Positions 28,961 to 41,700 of a stretch of 54,888 bases of DNA are shown here, piece after piece. The position numbers and the translations under genes are program-made. The notes under the pieces were generated by a model that saw only the letters and a program-made list of their open reading frames with translations, was not told the DNA's origin and did no database searches. This DNA comes from a virus (Duplodnaviria > Caudoviricetes). Each line of letters begins with the position of its first letter. The first letter of the stretch is position 1. The stretch spans positions 1-54,888 of IMG/VR virus record IMGVR_UViG_3300027848_000027; one strand, 5' to 3'.

Positions 28961-31900
28961 ATGGTAGTTCAAAATCTTAATTTCTTTGATAAGTTCGGTA
29001 AAAACATGAATCTTGACTGGAACACAGATAAGTCATGTTGGGAAGGAATTATCTATTTCCCTGAAATATCGACATTCATATACGATAATGAAAATCTATT
29101 CATATTAGAGGACGATAGTGGTGATTATAAATTTCCTGTAATAGATCCAGGAACTGCTATTAGATTTGAATGGCTAAACAATGATATAACGGAAGAACTT
29201 ATCATGTATGAAGTTGAAAAAGATTACGATTTAAATAATTACTTCATAAATAAAAAAGACGTAGTTCAGGTATCATATGATGATTTAATACCGGCATCCG
29301 GAGGATCATCTATTGATATAAAATTACCTTTACAAATCAATATCGCATTTAATCCAACTGAGGAAGTTAAATATGAGCGTACGTTATGTATGTTTATATT
29401 AGATCAAGACACTAATGAAAAAACCAAGATCGCTGAGATCTCATTTTATGGTGAAGGAGTTGAAGAAGATGAACGATTTGGAGTATGGGCTAGAAACTTT
29501 GGAATTAAATTTAATAAAGAAGATGCTAATATTCTAAAGGACTATGATATTAAAGAAGCATATCCAGACTGGACTCAGTTAAATATGGCACGTAAAAATC
29601 TTCTAGTTAATAAAGAACAAGTATATCCATATATTGGAACATATAAAGGTCTTAATAATTTCATAAATCTATTAGGATATAAAGACGTACTTGGAATTAA
29701 AGAATACTGGACTAATCTTAATAAGAAGTCCCCATATTACAATAAACAATTTATGGTCGATATTACTGATTACTTAGATGACGGTAAAATAGACGAGATG
29801 AATATCTTAGATAAGAATAAGAAAATCAAACATGGAAAGCAATTTAGAAAAACAGAATGTTTAGCTCTAGTTTATCAATTTACTAAAGCGACTGATGTTT
29901 ACGACGACGATGGAATTCCAGAAGTTGTTGAAACTACTGATTTTACAGTAGACGAGATTTTCTATAAATTAAACAAGCTTAGAGATAAAGCTGAAAATGA
30001 ATTTCTTCCTATCAATGTAAAAATTAAGGATATTATCGGAGAGTTTATATACTTTCAAAAGATTACTATTAAATTCTGGCCGGATGATTCAAAAATAACT
30101 GACTTTAATTTAAATGAATTCTCTGAATTACAATGTTATCCAGATGAAAATGTTGACTTTAAAATCAGATCCCTTGTTCCATTATTAAGAAAGGAACATC
30201 CAAAGGGTGCTACATTCGGACACGTTATATTTAATGACGGTACTCATAATCCATATGAACAGAGTCAGAAATACGCTCCTTCTAAGATTCCAGACATGGT
30301 TGAATACATAAAGGATTTCTATAATAAAACCCAGGATATGCAATTTCCAGATATCGGAAAGAGATTACTATGGGAAGAAGGTGATGATCCTGAAATGATA
30401 ATTGGTGCAGCATGTATATTTAACATATATAATGAGAAATTTACATTTGAAACTTTCAAAGGAGTTACGTTTGCCGATCTTGGTTCAATGGGATCATACG
30501 ACCCACATTATACATTAGAGAATTTAGATTTCAAGAACTTCTACGAAATTACATGGAGAATTACAAAAGACGCTCCTAATCTATATTCATTTGAATATAG
30601 AGGAAAAATAGAGGATTTATGGCAACTACCTCACTTCTTACCATATCATGGTAAATATAGACTAACTGTTGAGTTGCATGATTTCTACGGAAATTCAAAT
30701 GCATATAGTAAATTTGTAACAGTTCAAAGTGATCAAGTTGCTCATATCGTAGGAGTTACTAGACTGGAAGACAAATTCAACTATCGACTAGATAATCTAG
30801 ATAATATACAATTGAAAGATTTTGGAACAAGTCCTAACTATTTTCCAAAGGTTACGGTTCTAGATAATGAATCAGCTATAAGCGATGTAGATATTGATAA
30901 GCAATTGTTACAATACGCATGGTATTATAAGAACAGATATGGAATGGGTCAAAATATGTACGACGTTGAAATATTCAATCCCGTAATTAATGCATATATT
31001 CCATATAAAGATCCTTCACAAGATCATCCTAAGAAATTATACTGGGGATTAGGTGAAAATAACGAACCTGTTAAATTACAAGATTTCAAAGATATGACAA
31101 TGAAGTCACTATTCTTCATGAGATTATCTGACTTAATATACGTAGATGATTTCAATGCAGGATTTTATCTAAGAAATCCAACTCCTGGAAAGGTTATTCA
31201 AATCTCATTGTTTAGTCCGTATGTAATTCCATCATTCACTGATCTTAATGATTTAATAACTCAATTAAATGATAGTGATCATCCTGGAATTCAATTATTT
31301 AATTATGAGATAATAAACGGTAGAAAATCAGATGATCAATACATAATTCATGCACAGGCTGAATTCTTAAGTAAAGAAATGTATCACATATTAATGGACG
31401 ATGGAATAAACTCAGGAAGTCCAAGTACTAGTCCTCGCACGTCTAGTCCAGGATCTGGATTATCGGACGTTGATAAATATACATTCTTTCTACCTCGTGA
31501 GATTTACTCAAAGAGATTAATGGAATATTTAAAATCTACATATCCTATATTAGATGATGAGACTATGTTCTTATTTGCTAAAACATCAGATATAATAAGC
31601 GGAGCGGTACAAGATCCTAGCTTCTGGGTAGATAAAGAATATTGGAAATTTGAGAATGATAAACAAATCGGATATTTACCAACTATAATGGATCAAAATT
31701 CATTTAACATTAATGATATTAAAGTACATGAAGATTCATTTAGTATTCCAGAAAACACGCCGGTGTTCCTAAGTGTTAATAACATAGATGGAAAGCTAGA
31801 ATATATCTGGACATTAACTAATCTTGATACTCTCGAGGAAGTTAAAGTTAGATCAGTTCCGTTTTTCGCATGGAAATTCAAAGATTTAGGAAAGTTTACG

Positions 31901-32041
31901 ATTCATGTTGAGATTCATGATAATCAAGGTAACATTTATATGAATGAAATCAATCAAATGATAAACGTGTTACCAAAAGAACAGTATATAAAAAGTATAG
32001 AGACAAGATTGAATAGAAGAAAGCATAATCTCCTAAAGTAA
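28961..32041 (+). CDS. Putative baseplate wedge protein
   Basis: 1026-aa late gene. YIGTYKGLNNFINLLGY...IKEYW resembles baseplate-wedge motifs, and the C-terminal segments are PKD/Ig-like. Confidence 0.6.
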   Translation: MVVQNLNFFDKFGKNMNLDWNTDKSCWEGIIYFPEISTFIYDNENLFILEDDSGDYKFPVIDPGTAIRFEWLNNDITEELIMYEVEKDYDLNNYFINKKDVVQVSYDDLIPASGGSSIDIKLPLQINIAFNPTEEVKYERTLCMFILDQDTNEKTKIAEISFYGEGVEEDERFGVWARNFGIKFNKEDANILKDYDIKEAYPDWTQLNMARKNLLVNKEQVYPYIGTYKGLNNFINLLGYKDVLGIKEYWTNLNKKSPYYNKQFMVDITDYLDDGKIDEMNILDKNKKIKHGKQFRKTECLALVYQFTKATDVYDDDGIPEVVETTDFTVDEIFYKLNKLRDKAENEFLPINVKIKDIIGEFIYFQKITIKFWPDDSKITDFNLNEFSELQCYPDENVDFKIRSLVPLLRKEHPKGATFGHVIFNDGTHNPYEQSQKYAPSKIPDMVEYIKDFYNKTQDMQFPDIGKRLLWEEGDDPEMIIGAACIFNIYNEKFTFETFKGVTFADLGSMGSYDPHYTLENLDFKNFYEITWRITKDAPNLYSFEYRGKIEDLWQLPHFLPYHGKYRLTVELHDFYGNSNAYSKFVTVQSDQVAHIVGVTRLEDKFNYRLDNLDNIQLKDFGTSPNYFPKVTVLDNESAISDVDIDKQLLQYAWYYKNRYGMGQNMYDVEIFNPVINAYIPYKDPSQDHPKKLYWGLGENNEPVKLQDFKDMTMKSLFFMRLSDLIYVDDFNAGFYLRNPTPGKVIQISLFSPYVIPSFTDLNDLITQLNDSDHPGIQLFNYEIINGRKSDDQYIIHAQAEFLSKEMYHILMDDGINSGSPSTSPRTSSPGSGLSDVDKYTFFLPREIYSKRLMEYLKSTYPILDDETMFLFAKTSDIISGAVQDPSFWVDKEYWKFENDKQIGYLPTIMDQNSFNINDIKVHEDSFSIPENTPVFLSVNNIDGKLEYIWTLTNLDTLEEVKVRSVPFFAWKFKDLGKFTIHVEIHDNQGNIYMNEINQMINVLPKEQYIKSIETRLNRRKHNLLK

Positions 32042-32053
32042 TTTAATCAAATC

Positions 32054-32061
32054 GATAAATA
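32054..32061 (+). promoter_or_regulatory. T4-like late promoter
   Basis: GATAAATA, 21 nt upstream of the ATG at 32083. Confidence 0.65.
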
Positions 32062-32082
32062 AAATAAAATAATTCTATTAAA

Positions 32083-33057
32083 ATGGCATTTACACCAATA
32101 GATCTACCGATTCAAGAGATGTTACAATCAGATTTCATAGTTGATTTGGCACAAATTCATAATTCAAACGTACTTCTATTGAAGGACAAATTAGAAGATG
32201 TGATCAATCATTTTGAATTTGATACAAATACACTTTCAATCGGAATAGACAACCCAATTAACAGCATCAGGACTCAGAATATTATCATTCAAGATGGAGG
32301 ATTTATATTCCAAACTGGAATCCCAAATCAAATAATCGCAAGATTGTCTAAGAATGGATCTAATGAGTCAGTTTTAAATGTGGATCACATAACTGTTGAT
32401 TCTGACATTGCCGCTGATATTATTAGCATTAATGATTTAGTAGTTAATAACTCTACTACATTAGCAGGTCCTGTTGAAATAGCAGATTCATTAAATTTCA
32501 ATGGATCACTAATTGAATCTAAGGAATCCGTTTCAGTATTAGTTAAGAAAGTAGCATCAGCTGCGGTTGGAACAATCACTTTAACTAACACTTCTAATAA
32601 GCATATTTATGTAACACTCTCAGCTGAGACAAATGTTGGTCCAACTAGAGTATGGGATGGAGCTGCTTTTGTAGGAGTATTAACTGATATCATTTTAAAT
32701 ATTGATTTTGATGCTACCAATCCTCCTGCTGAAAATACATCATTCACTATACACATAGTAGACGTTGTTGAAAATTCAGGAAATGTAAGTATTATCTCAA
32801 ATATCAATGCTGAAGGTACTCCACCACCTGTATCAATTGCAGCTGGTGTAAATCAAAGCACTACTGGTACTATTATCATGCATCATGATTTAGTTGCAGA
32901 AGGACGAAAATTAGCAGTAAACCACGGTATAAATGCTATGTTCCTTTCTCAAGCACTATTGAAATACGGACACAACGCTACATTCAATTATATAATTGAT
33001 AATACTTCTAACGATAGACTATTGATAACATCAATGGTAGGATTAGAAATTTACTAA
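32083..33057 (+). CDS. Putative virion structural protein (baseplate/short fibre)
   Basis: Beta-rich ORF in the late operon. Confidence 0.6.
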   Translation: MAFTPIDLPIQEMLQSDFIVDLAQIHNSNVLLLKDKLEDVINHFEFDTNTLSIGIDNPINSIRTQNIIIQDGGFIFQTGIPNQIIARLSKNGSNESVLNVDHITVDSDIAADIISINDLVVNNSTTLAGPVEIADSLNFNGSLIESKESVSVLVKKVASAAVGTITLTNTSNKHIYVTLSAETNVGPTRVWDGAAFVGVLTDIILNIDFDATNPPAENTSFTIHIVDVVENSGNVSIISNINAEGTPPPVSIAAGVNQSTTGTIIMHHDLVAEGRKLAVNHGINAMFLSQALLKYGHNATFNYIIDNTSNDRLLITSMVGLEIY

Positions 33058-33074
33058 AATAATAACTAATAGAA

Positions 33075-35171
33075 ATGGCCGTTACACCATTATTAAAACC
33101 AATTCAGAATAAGAAGGGAATATTATATACCTTTCAAAGTGCCTTAGAAGACATAGATCTAAAGGTTGCTAATGGTGAGAACAATGTTAGATATTCGAAG
33201 TTCGCATTACTTAGAATTCCAGAATTCGGAACGCCAGATTCATTAGCAACAGATAATAAATTTCAATTTTTAGCACAAGGAGAATCTACTATACTTGAAG
33301 GAGTTAACACAGATCAAAATATTAACCTAGCTCAAAGTTTCCAAAGTTATGCACTTAATATGGAAACATTGCTAATCAGTAGACCTCAATATATGAGAGA
33401 GGCTGAAAGAACCGTATCTGAAAGAGTATTTTGGAAATGGTTAAAGGAAGCAGGTGGTATACGATTCAGAGACGCTAATGCAATTGAAAAGAATGTAGAT
33501 ATTCTAGAATCAGAAAAAAGATTCGTAGAGGAAGCTACTGCAACTAGCACATACAATAGAGTAGTTCAATATGTAGGAGATATCGATGTTGTTAATTCTG
33601 TTAAATCTCCTGAAAATTCATATACTGAAATTTATATTCATGTTCCTACTAATGTAGGTAGCACAACTCATGTATTATTTGAGTCTATTAAGGATGATAA
33701 CTATTATCCTAATATGACTATTGCAAATAATGCTAAGAACCCACTAGATATCGAATATTTATCAGGTAGACATTATTTTGAAACACATCCATTTGGATTA
33801 AATATCAAAGCATATTATGATTTAGATGATGCGAGTGTATATAGTGAAGTATCAGATACATACGGAGGAATACCAGTTCCTGGAAATTGGTTTAATCAAA
33901 CCATAAATAATGCCTATTATACGGATAATGTAGATGGAGAATTTAACGTGGCAGATACAGATTGGATTACTAAACAATCCGGTGTAACGTCAGTTGAGTA
34001 TGCTAGAACTAAACTTGATGGAATCTCTTTAGATTTTAATCTAGATAATTATAAACTAGCTGCAGAAAATCCAGATATTAAAGTATTTTCTCAATTCAAT
34101 GATTATATCGCAAATAAAGATTTTCAATTTAATGCTATCCTAGTTTATTATGATACATTTGATGCAAATGATTTAGATGCAGATGGAAATCCTAATTCAT
34201 TTACGACTAACTTATATGGAGTTATGTTTTTAGATAAAATAGAACAAGCTGGATTAGAATTCCAAATTCCATTTATTACTAAATATAAACCAGATCCACT
34301 TAATAAAGTAAACGGCACAGCTTACTCTTATAAAATGAATCTTAAATTAGATACGTCAGTTGAGAACGTATTAGTTGAAAAATCTATAAACGATTATTCA
34401 ACGTTCTCAATGGATTTATTCACTGATGTATTAACTGAATTTAAAAGAATCCAAACTCGACTTAATGATAAGTTATTTGAGATTGAAGGATTAACTCAAG
34501 AAGTAAGAGATTTAAAAGATTTAATGATTAATTCTGAGGATATTAATGAGCTTAATTTGAGAATATCAAATTTAGAAACATCAATTGTTGAAAACCAAGC
34601 GATATTTAATAACACTGGTGAATTAATGAGAATGATAGAGAATGTAAACGATAAAGTAGTTGACATTACAAACGGAGATGCGAACATCGAAGTTACTTAT
34701 AATACTGATGTTCTTAAAGCAGGGGACGGAATGGTTCTAGATAAGAGAACTCCAAATCGTGTTAAGTTAGAGAATACGAATCAGGATTATAATATATCAA
34801 ATACATCAATTATCAGTATTTTTGATAATAACGTAATTGAGCTTGGAAAATATGCAAATTATATCAGACATGAAAATAATGACAACGTAATCATATTGAT
34901 TCGTGATTTAGAAATATTCATAGACGATTCTAAAATTCCATGGAAAAAGGGTCAAACTTTGAGACTTGTAATAGAAGATGAAATCAATCCTGATGTATAT
35001 GATATCAAGATAAAAACTGATGCTATTAATAAAGCAGGTAACGGAGTATTTGGAACAACAATCGATGTATTCAATGATCTAGATTTCACACCATCTGGAA
35101 ACATGCCAATTTTTGAGATCATCTGTATTAATGCAGAAACTTTACAATTTAAAATAGACAAAATACGATAA
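33075..35171 (+). CDS. Putative virion structural protein
   Basis: 698-aa ORF in the late operon with a central coiled coil. Confidence 0.6.
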   Translation: MAVTPLLKPIQNKKGILYTFQSALEDIDLKVANGENNVRYSKFALLRIPEFGTPDSLATDNKFQFLAQGESTILEGVNTDQNINLAQSFQSYALNMETLLISRPQYMREAERTVSERVFWKWLKEAGGIRFRDANAIEKNVDILESEKRFVEEATATSTYNRVVQYVGDIDVVNSVKSPENSYTEIYIHVPTNVGSTTHVLFESIKDDNYYPNMTIANNAKNPLDIEYLSGRHYFETHPFGLNIKAYYDLDDASVYSEVSDTYGGIPVPGNWFNQTINNAYYTDNVDGEFNVADTDWITKQSGVTSVEYARTKLDGISLDFNLDNYKLAAENPDIKVFSQFNDYIANKDFQFNAILVYYDTFDANDLDADGNPNSFTTNLYGVMFLDKIEQAGLEFQIPFITKYKPDPLNKVNGTAYSYKMNLKLDTSVENVLVEKSINDYSTFSMDLFTDVLTEFKRIQTRLNDKLFEIEGLTQEVRDLKDLMINSEDINELNLRISNLETSIVENQAIFNNTGELMRMIENVNDKVVDITNGDANIEVTYNTDVLKAGDGMVLDKRTPNRVKLENTNQDYNISNTSIISIFDNNVIELGKYANYIRHENNDNVIILIRDLEIFIDDSKIPWKKGQTLRLVIEDEINPDVYDIKIKTDAINKAGNGVFGTTIDVFNDLDFTPSGNMPIFEIICINAETLQFKIDKIR

Positions 35172-35175
35172 TATA

Positions 35176-38100
35176 ATGAGTAATACTAAACACACAATAG
35201 ATCAATTACTTAGTAGACTAGTTGTCGATGTAGATAATATGAATGCGTTCATATATAGTCTACAAACAATGTTAGACTCTAAGTCTGAGAATGTAACCAT
35301 CACACAGACTCTTGGCGACGGTACAACTAAGGAAATAAGTGTACCTTCATTTGGGTATATGAAAAGTAAGATCGATAATGTAACTATGAACTTTGAAACT
35401 TTGCTTTCAGCGAATAATGATGTTATTGGTATCAAATCTGCAAACGGAGATGTTAGAAAATTTGAACTTAAGAAAGTATCTAAACTTATTCAAGAGTTAG
35501 AAGAAGTAGCTAATACAAGTGTGGCCATTCCTACTTCTTTCGGAGTAAAGAATAACTGGTTTTTCGAATCATTCTTAAACCCATTATTATTTGTTAGCAT
35601 TGATGTTCAGTCTATATTAACGGATGATATTGATCAATTTCAAGTTAAGAGATTAATTATTAATTCTATCGACGATGATCAAATTGAATTCTTCAGCACT
35701 AATTATCTAAACAATAACACTATTGATTTAGACGAAGCGATATCTACTCTTGAAGAACAAGGTATTGACGTTTTTGAAGATGATAATATAGTTCAAATGG
35801 CAACCGCTGTTAATAGATTCAAAGGATCATTCGATTGTCTTAGAATAATGGAGGAAGATGTTGATCAAGTAATTATTGCAACTGGAAAAACTGTAACTAT
35901 AAACAGACGAAGATATAAATTAAGCACATTAAAATATACAGACGTATTAGATGATATCCAAAATACTAGAATGCTAGCAGAGGGAGACGTTCTAATAACA
36001 GATTTAGATTCAGAATACAGAGTGTTGTCAGTTAATAAAACAGATACCGAAGTAGTTCTTGAGAGAATATTTGGAATTGAGCCAATTACTATTGGAGCCG
36101 ATATTTTAAGAATTAAACCCGTAAGATATAGAGCTCCTGAACTTCATGTAAATGTAGGATTCAATGAAAGAGCAATCATATTCATTAAGCCAGTTAGTAA
36201 AGCTCAAAATTTAACAATTGATGAGTATTCTAATGGATTCGGAGTTTATTCAAATGATTTAACTATTACATTAGAAGATGAAAGCGAATCTACTTTAGAA
36301 AGTTACTATAATAATTTCGTTGCAGATTTTGGAATGATATTATTAAGTGCAGCTAAAGAAAAGAAAATTCCAGCAATCGTTGCAGTTGGCCCGGATGCTC
36401 CAATTGTAGATGCATCTAATTTCAAAGTAGTTCAAATTGATACTCATATTAAAGAGGACGAGGATGAAGTTGAAATTCAAAATCAAGTAGCAGAAAAAGA
36501 GAACCTAAAGGTACGAGTAAAAGAGAATTTAAAACAAATTGATGATCTTAAAGCTCAATTGAATGATACTGATAAATCTCAATCTGAGAAAAACAGAATT
36601 GATAAGAAGATCTCATCGTCTATTAAACAGAAAGCAACGCTTCAATCTCAATTAAGTTCTACAGTTAGAGACTTAACTACTAAATTAAGTACTACTCCTG
36701 CGTTTAATAGATCAGCTAAATATAAAGTAAGAGGATTCTGGCCGATGCCTGAACCTAAGGATAGTAAATTCGGATCACAGGCGGTTGTTCAATTTAAAAT
36801 TAGATATCGATACTTATCTAAGAAGGGAACTGCGCCTAATGCAACTCAAAGTCGTATTAAACAAGCGGATGATACGGATTCAATAGCATTATTTTCTCCT
36901 TGGACTGAGATACTTACTAAATCTAGAACAAAGAAATTAAATGAAACTACTGGATTGTACGAATGGTCAACTGAAGATTTATCTTCCGCTGAATCAGTAA
37001 ATCCTAATCAATTAGATCTTTCAATCAGAAAGGGAGAAACTCTTGAGTTTCAAATTAAATCACTATCTGAAGCAGGATGGCCAGATAACGCAGTTGAATC
37101 TGATTGGTCAATCCCAGTTCAAATACCTTTCCCTGAAGAAATTCAATCTTCTGAGGAAGCTAGTGTTATTTCACAAAGATTATTTGCTGAGGAAGCTAGA
37201 TTAGATTTTGAAGATGAATTAACTTCTCGTGGACTAGATCTACACTTAGGAAGTCAATTTACAACAGGTGAAAGATTCTTTGCACATCAATCTAAGGATA
37301 TTGCCTCAGGATTTTTTACAACCGAAGGAAACATCATAGATTTATTTGAGAAAATTAAAACTCTTGAATTAACAGTTGAATCTTTAGAACAAGCACTTGC
37401 TCTTGATACTGGTATTATTAAAGTATCGGTAGTTGATGATCAAGGTAACGTATCCGAAATTAAAAACGGAGACACCCTTACTCTTTTTGCAGGATATTAC
37501 AGAGATCAAATTAAAGATACTTCTGGAACATCAGTTGTATATAATGATGGTAGAATCATAACCAAACAATATTCTATCTCTATTGAAAACACATCTGCGA
37601 CTAAGTTGGAATTAATTACCCTTCTGAAAGGAGGAATCGAGCAACCAGTATTGGATTCTAATACGGTTGCAAATCCAGATTCAGATTATCACGTAAACAG
37701 AAGATATGATTTAGTACCAATGTCTATTAATTCAGCAGTTGATGCTGATTCTAGAGAATATTACATTCACCCGGCTGGATTCCAGTCACAACAGGTAAAT
37801 AGTCAATTTGTGCATTCTAGATTTAAGAATTACGGATTATCTACTGATATGTATGATTATTACCCACTTGGAGGATTATCATGGGCTACTGGTTCTAATA
37901 ACCAATCAATAACTGCATATGACGGTCAAACAATTGGATCAAAAATAGTTCCATTAAATGGAAATGTTTACGTTCCATTTAGACCAGGAGAAAGTAACAA
38001 TGCTGTTATTCCACATGGTGGAACAAATGCTGACGTATGGATTGGAACTACAAACCTATCTGCGGTTCCACAAGGATTTGGTTATATTACTGAATTCAGT

Positions 38101-38766
38101 ATTCATAAAGATCATCCAGATTTACAGGGACTTTCTGCAGGACTTGATGTAAGTGCACCTGCTTCGTTTGTAAATCGTCAAGATTTATTCGGACCATATG
38201 TTGCCGGAACAAATCAAGAGTATTTACCATTTGCACATGCTCCATTTATTGAAACATCAGTTAATGAACAAACTGGAGTTCTAGGAAACAAGTACAATAT
38301 TCAAGCAAATAGAGAAACTGCATCTGAAGCAACCTCTGCAGCTACATCTAACAATAATGATTTCCCTATTAAATTAGGATTCGCACCGAATGACGAATAC
38401 TTAATAGGTAAATATACATGCGGATCATACTTATATATGTTCCCTAATGACTATAAAGATATATCAGTTGAAGGTAATCACCCTACTCTATCGTCTAAAT
38501 CTATTACTAATGGATCTAATAATGCGTTAAACATTCCAGTTCTATTTCAATATAGATGTTCAGATAAATTATCTTTTATCGGAGGATTTAGAACCAGTGA
38601 GACATTAAAGAATATAAAATATTCAAAGAAGATCGGAATTGACATTTTCATTAAAGATGCGGTACCATTTTCTTTTGATATTGAAGTATCGACTCAATAT
38701 AAAAAGGAAACAACTCTAGATTCACCAATTGTACCATCTAGAGGAGCTGTTCCAGTAACATTCTAA
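35176..38766 (+). CDS. Putative baseplate/tail structural protein
   Basis: 1196-aa ORF with a coiled coil (~aa 430-500) followed by an FN3-like region. Confidence 0.6.
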   Translation: MSNTKHTIDQLLSRLVVDVDNMNAFIYSLQTMLDSKSENVTITQTLGDGTTKEISVPSFGYMKSKIDNVTMNFETLLSANNDVIGIKSANGDVRKFELKKVSKLIQELEEVANTSVAIPTSFGVKNNWFFESFLNPLLFVSIDVQSILTDDIDQFQVKRLIINSIDDDQIEFFSTNYLNNNTIDLDEAISTLEEQGIDVFEDDNIVQMATAVNRFKGSFDCLRIMEEDVDQVIIATGKTVTINRRRYKLSTLKYTDVLDDIQNTRMLAEGDVLITDLDSEYRVLSVNKTDTEVVLERIFGIEPITIGADILRIKPVRYRAPELHVNVGFNERAIIFIKPVSKAQNLTIDEYSNGFGVYSNDLTITLEDESESTLESYYNNFVADFGMILLSAAKEKKIPAIVAVGPDAPIVDASNFKVVQIDTHIKEDEDEVEIQNQVAEKENLKVRVKENLKQIDDLKAQLNDTDKSQSEKNRIDKKISSSIKQKATLQSQLSSTVRDLTTKLSTTPAFNRSAKYKVRGFWPMPEPKDSKFGSQAVVQFKIRYRYLSKKGTAPNATQSRIKQADDTDSIALFSPWTEILTKSRTKKLNETTGLYEWSTEDLSSAESVNPNQLDLSIRKGETLEFQIKSLSEAGWPDNAVESDWSIPVQIPFPEEIQSSEEASVISQRLFAEEARLDFEDELTSRGLDLHLGSQFTTGERFFAHQSKDIASGFFTTEGNIIDLFEKIKTLELTVESLEQALALDTGIIKVSVVDDQGNVSEIKNGDTLTLFAGYYRDQIKDTSGTSVVYNDGRIITKQYSISIENTSATKLELITLLKGGIEQPVLDSNTVANPDSDYHVNRRYDLVPMSINSAVDADSREYYIHPAGFQSQQVNSQFVHSRFKNYGLSTDMYDYYPLGGLSWATGSNNQSITAYDGQTIGSKIVPLNGNVYVPFRPGESNNAVIPHGGTNADVWIGTTNLSAVPQGFGYITEFSIHKDHPDLQGLSAGLDVSAPASFVNRQDLFGPYVAGTNQEYLPFAHAPFIETSVNEQTGVLGNKYNIQANRETASEATSAATSNNNDFPIKLGFAPNDEYLIGKYTCGSYLYMFPNDYKDISVEGNHPTLSSKSITNGSNNALNIPVLFQYRCSDKLSFIGGFRTSETLKNIKYSKKIGIDIFIKDAVPFSFDIEVSTQYKKETTLDSPIVPSRGAVPVTF

Positions 38767-38769
38767 TAA

Positions 38770-41700
38770 ATGGCAAAAACTATAGATTTTCAACAAATAC
38801 TACAAGATGAAGCAAGCTTCCAATTAGTACGTACAAATCCTAAGCTTACTGGTAATGTAAAGTTAACAGTTGATTCAAACGATAAAATGTGGTTGAATTC
38901 AATTGATGTGAATGAAGAATTATCAAAGGCACTTTATAAAAGATTTGCCATTGATCCTACTAAATCTCTTCCTGGAAACATGTTCACATTTTTCGACAAT
39001 GGAACTACTCCTAGTGAGATCGTATTTCAAATGAGCGAATCATTTGATTCTACTAAAACTTCTACTGACTATAAAGATCAATATGATTTTGATCATTATT
39101 TCAGTGGAGTTAACTATTTACCGAGCCGCCGATATGACGAGAAATTATCATACTTCGCTCCGATTTATCTAAGAGAAGACGTACCTGAATATTTTGTAAT
39201 ATTTAAGATTGAAGATCCTTTGAATAGTCCAATTGATCAAATGACTGCTACTTATCCATATGATAAGGAGAATTATATTAAAGAACTATTCAAGAAATCT
39301 ACTATTATTAAAACATTTGATTTACGTAAAACAACTGAAGTTGGAAAATTTCTACGTAAACACGTAAATAGCCTAAAGTATAATCCACTGGAGGTTTCAT
39401 ATGACGAAAATACACTAACTCTATTTACCGGAATATTATACGATTCTGGAGTATTTGGACAAAGGGGAGAAAACCTATATGACTTTTATAAAAAGGCTAA
39501 CCCACTTAAAGCATTCGAAGAATTCATAACTCTTGGATTCGAAAGAAATGGAGTTATTTTTCCAAACATACTTAATATGGAATTCATATTTGATGATGAA
39601 ACATCTGAAATATATGACTTTAATAGATATGTTGGAATGTATGTAAACGCAATAGAATTATCTAAATTTGATGTTGACCTAGATCGAGGATTTGGAGAAA
39701 GAGGAAACTGGGAAAATACACCTAGGTTTAGAAGAGAATATTTTGAATACGAAGATGTAAATCTAGATCAAGCTAATCCTAATGGGGTTATCGTTCCTAT
39801 AACTAACTTAGATTTATATCTATCTGATTTTAAGAACATATTCACTGACAAAGATAATATGTTCTTCAACTATATAACAGACAGATTTGAAAATTTACAT
39901 CTTCCAATCTTAGATGATCCTTATGATATTGATTATGAGGAAGGAAATGAACTTAAGAGTGGTAAGATTAGAATATCTAATACTAACCTAGAATTAGGAG
40001 ACATGTTCGGTCCAGGTAAATCGTTCCTACAAGATAAAGGAGTAGTTGACGGAGATCAAGGATTCTCATATGCATATATCAAGATTGAAACTATGAAGCA
40101 TCTTGATTCATTTAAATTATATCATCCGCATGGAACTAGAACTGATTCAAATGGAAGATATGAATTGATAGAAGGAGCTTCTAATTTCGCATCATTTACT
40201 TCACCTACCGACTCATATTATTTTCACGATATAGATAATGTAAACAGTAATGATACATTCTATTTTAATATAGATGGAACTAAACTTGAAATTGCTAAAT
40301 CTTTAACTGGTTGTATTAATAACATCAGACGTGGAAGCATTAAAGCCTATGCGTTTAATGAATATGTATTTATAAAGTGTAATGTTGCCGGTAATTATGA
40401 TGCGATGTATTCACTGTCATTTGATTCACAATATTTAGATTTTACTGGAGTTACTATAAATGACGTAACTGGAACTAACTTGACTTCTATAATCAATTTT
40501 GAAGGTGGAAGTACAACATCTGGAAATAGATTAATAATAGACTACACTCAGTTTGAGAAAATTAAAACTAGACTCGATGACGTTCTAGTTAAGACTACGA
40601 ATGGATGGTCTAAAATTGATAAAATATCTAGATTTATAGATCCAATCCAAGATAAAAATATAAGTACATTTGAAAATAGAAATGATGCTATCGCAGAATT
40701 CTTTGGAAAAATGTCAATTGCTTTAAAATTAAAAGATTCGCCTAAGTTAGAATCTGGTGATTTTACAATGAAACTTAAGCACCGTCCTGCATTTGGACTT
40801 TTATCATTCTTCCCAATTAAAGATTTCGACTTTGATTTCTATTCTTCGGAATATTTAAATTTTCCACAGGTTGATTTATACGAACACTATCACATACCAC
40901 CATTAATGAAAGAAATTTATAATGGTTTCACATATGATATCTACGGAAACGGAGAGATTGATATAAATGGAGTTACGGCGATTGCACCAGGTCAATATAT
41001 TGTTCCTAGTGGAACAGATGGACCATATGAATATACAGTAATATCTGGAGATGTTATTGTTGAGGCTCGTGGAGATCAAGGATCATCTACTGGGTATTGG
41101 AATGCAGTCGATGATGCAAATGAAGAATTAACAGAATTTCCCGGATTCTTCCTACTTAAAGACCCAGATCGCGTTATTCCTGAAATTACATCTGGTAATC
41201 CTGGGTTTGATTTATATAACAGAAGAGACAAGTACTTAAATGGTATTGCTTCATCTGAGTATGATTTCTACAAAGAAAATACATCTAAAGATTTCGCACT
41301 GAGATCTAAGATACTTCCATATATTACAAAATGGGTTTACCCTGATGGATTAGACTGTAGAAGCAATCCATATAGATTGAATACTGAATTAGTTTTTGGA
41401 TTTAACAATTTTTCACCGGATCATGAAGATGCAACACAGAATCCATCTAATTTTACGCACGAATGGTTCTACATAGAATCTAAGTTTAGATATAACGATG
41501 ATGAGCACATAGTTAAGTTAAACAACTCTTATTTTCCTGAGCCATTTGATTTAACTAAAGCACTAACTGAAAGTGGATATTTCATCGATTACTTTACATA
41601 TACCCCTACTTATTTAAGTAAAGAGGTTGGCCAAACACAAACTCGTTATTCTCCTATACGTAAAAACAATCTAGGAATATACGAGACATTCTTTAAGGGA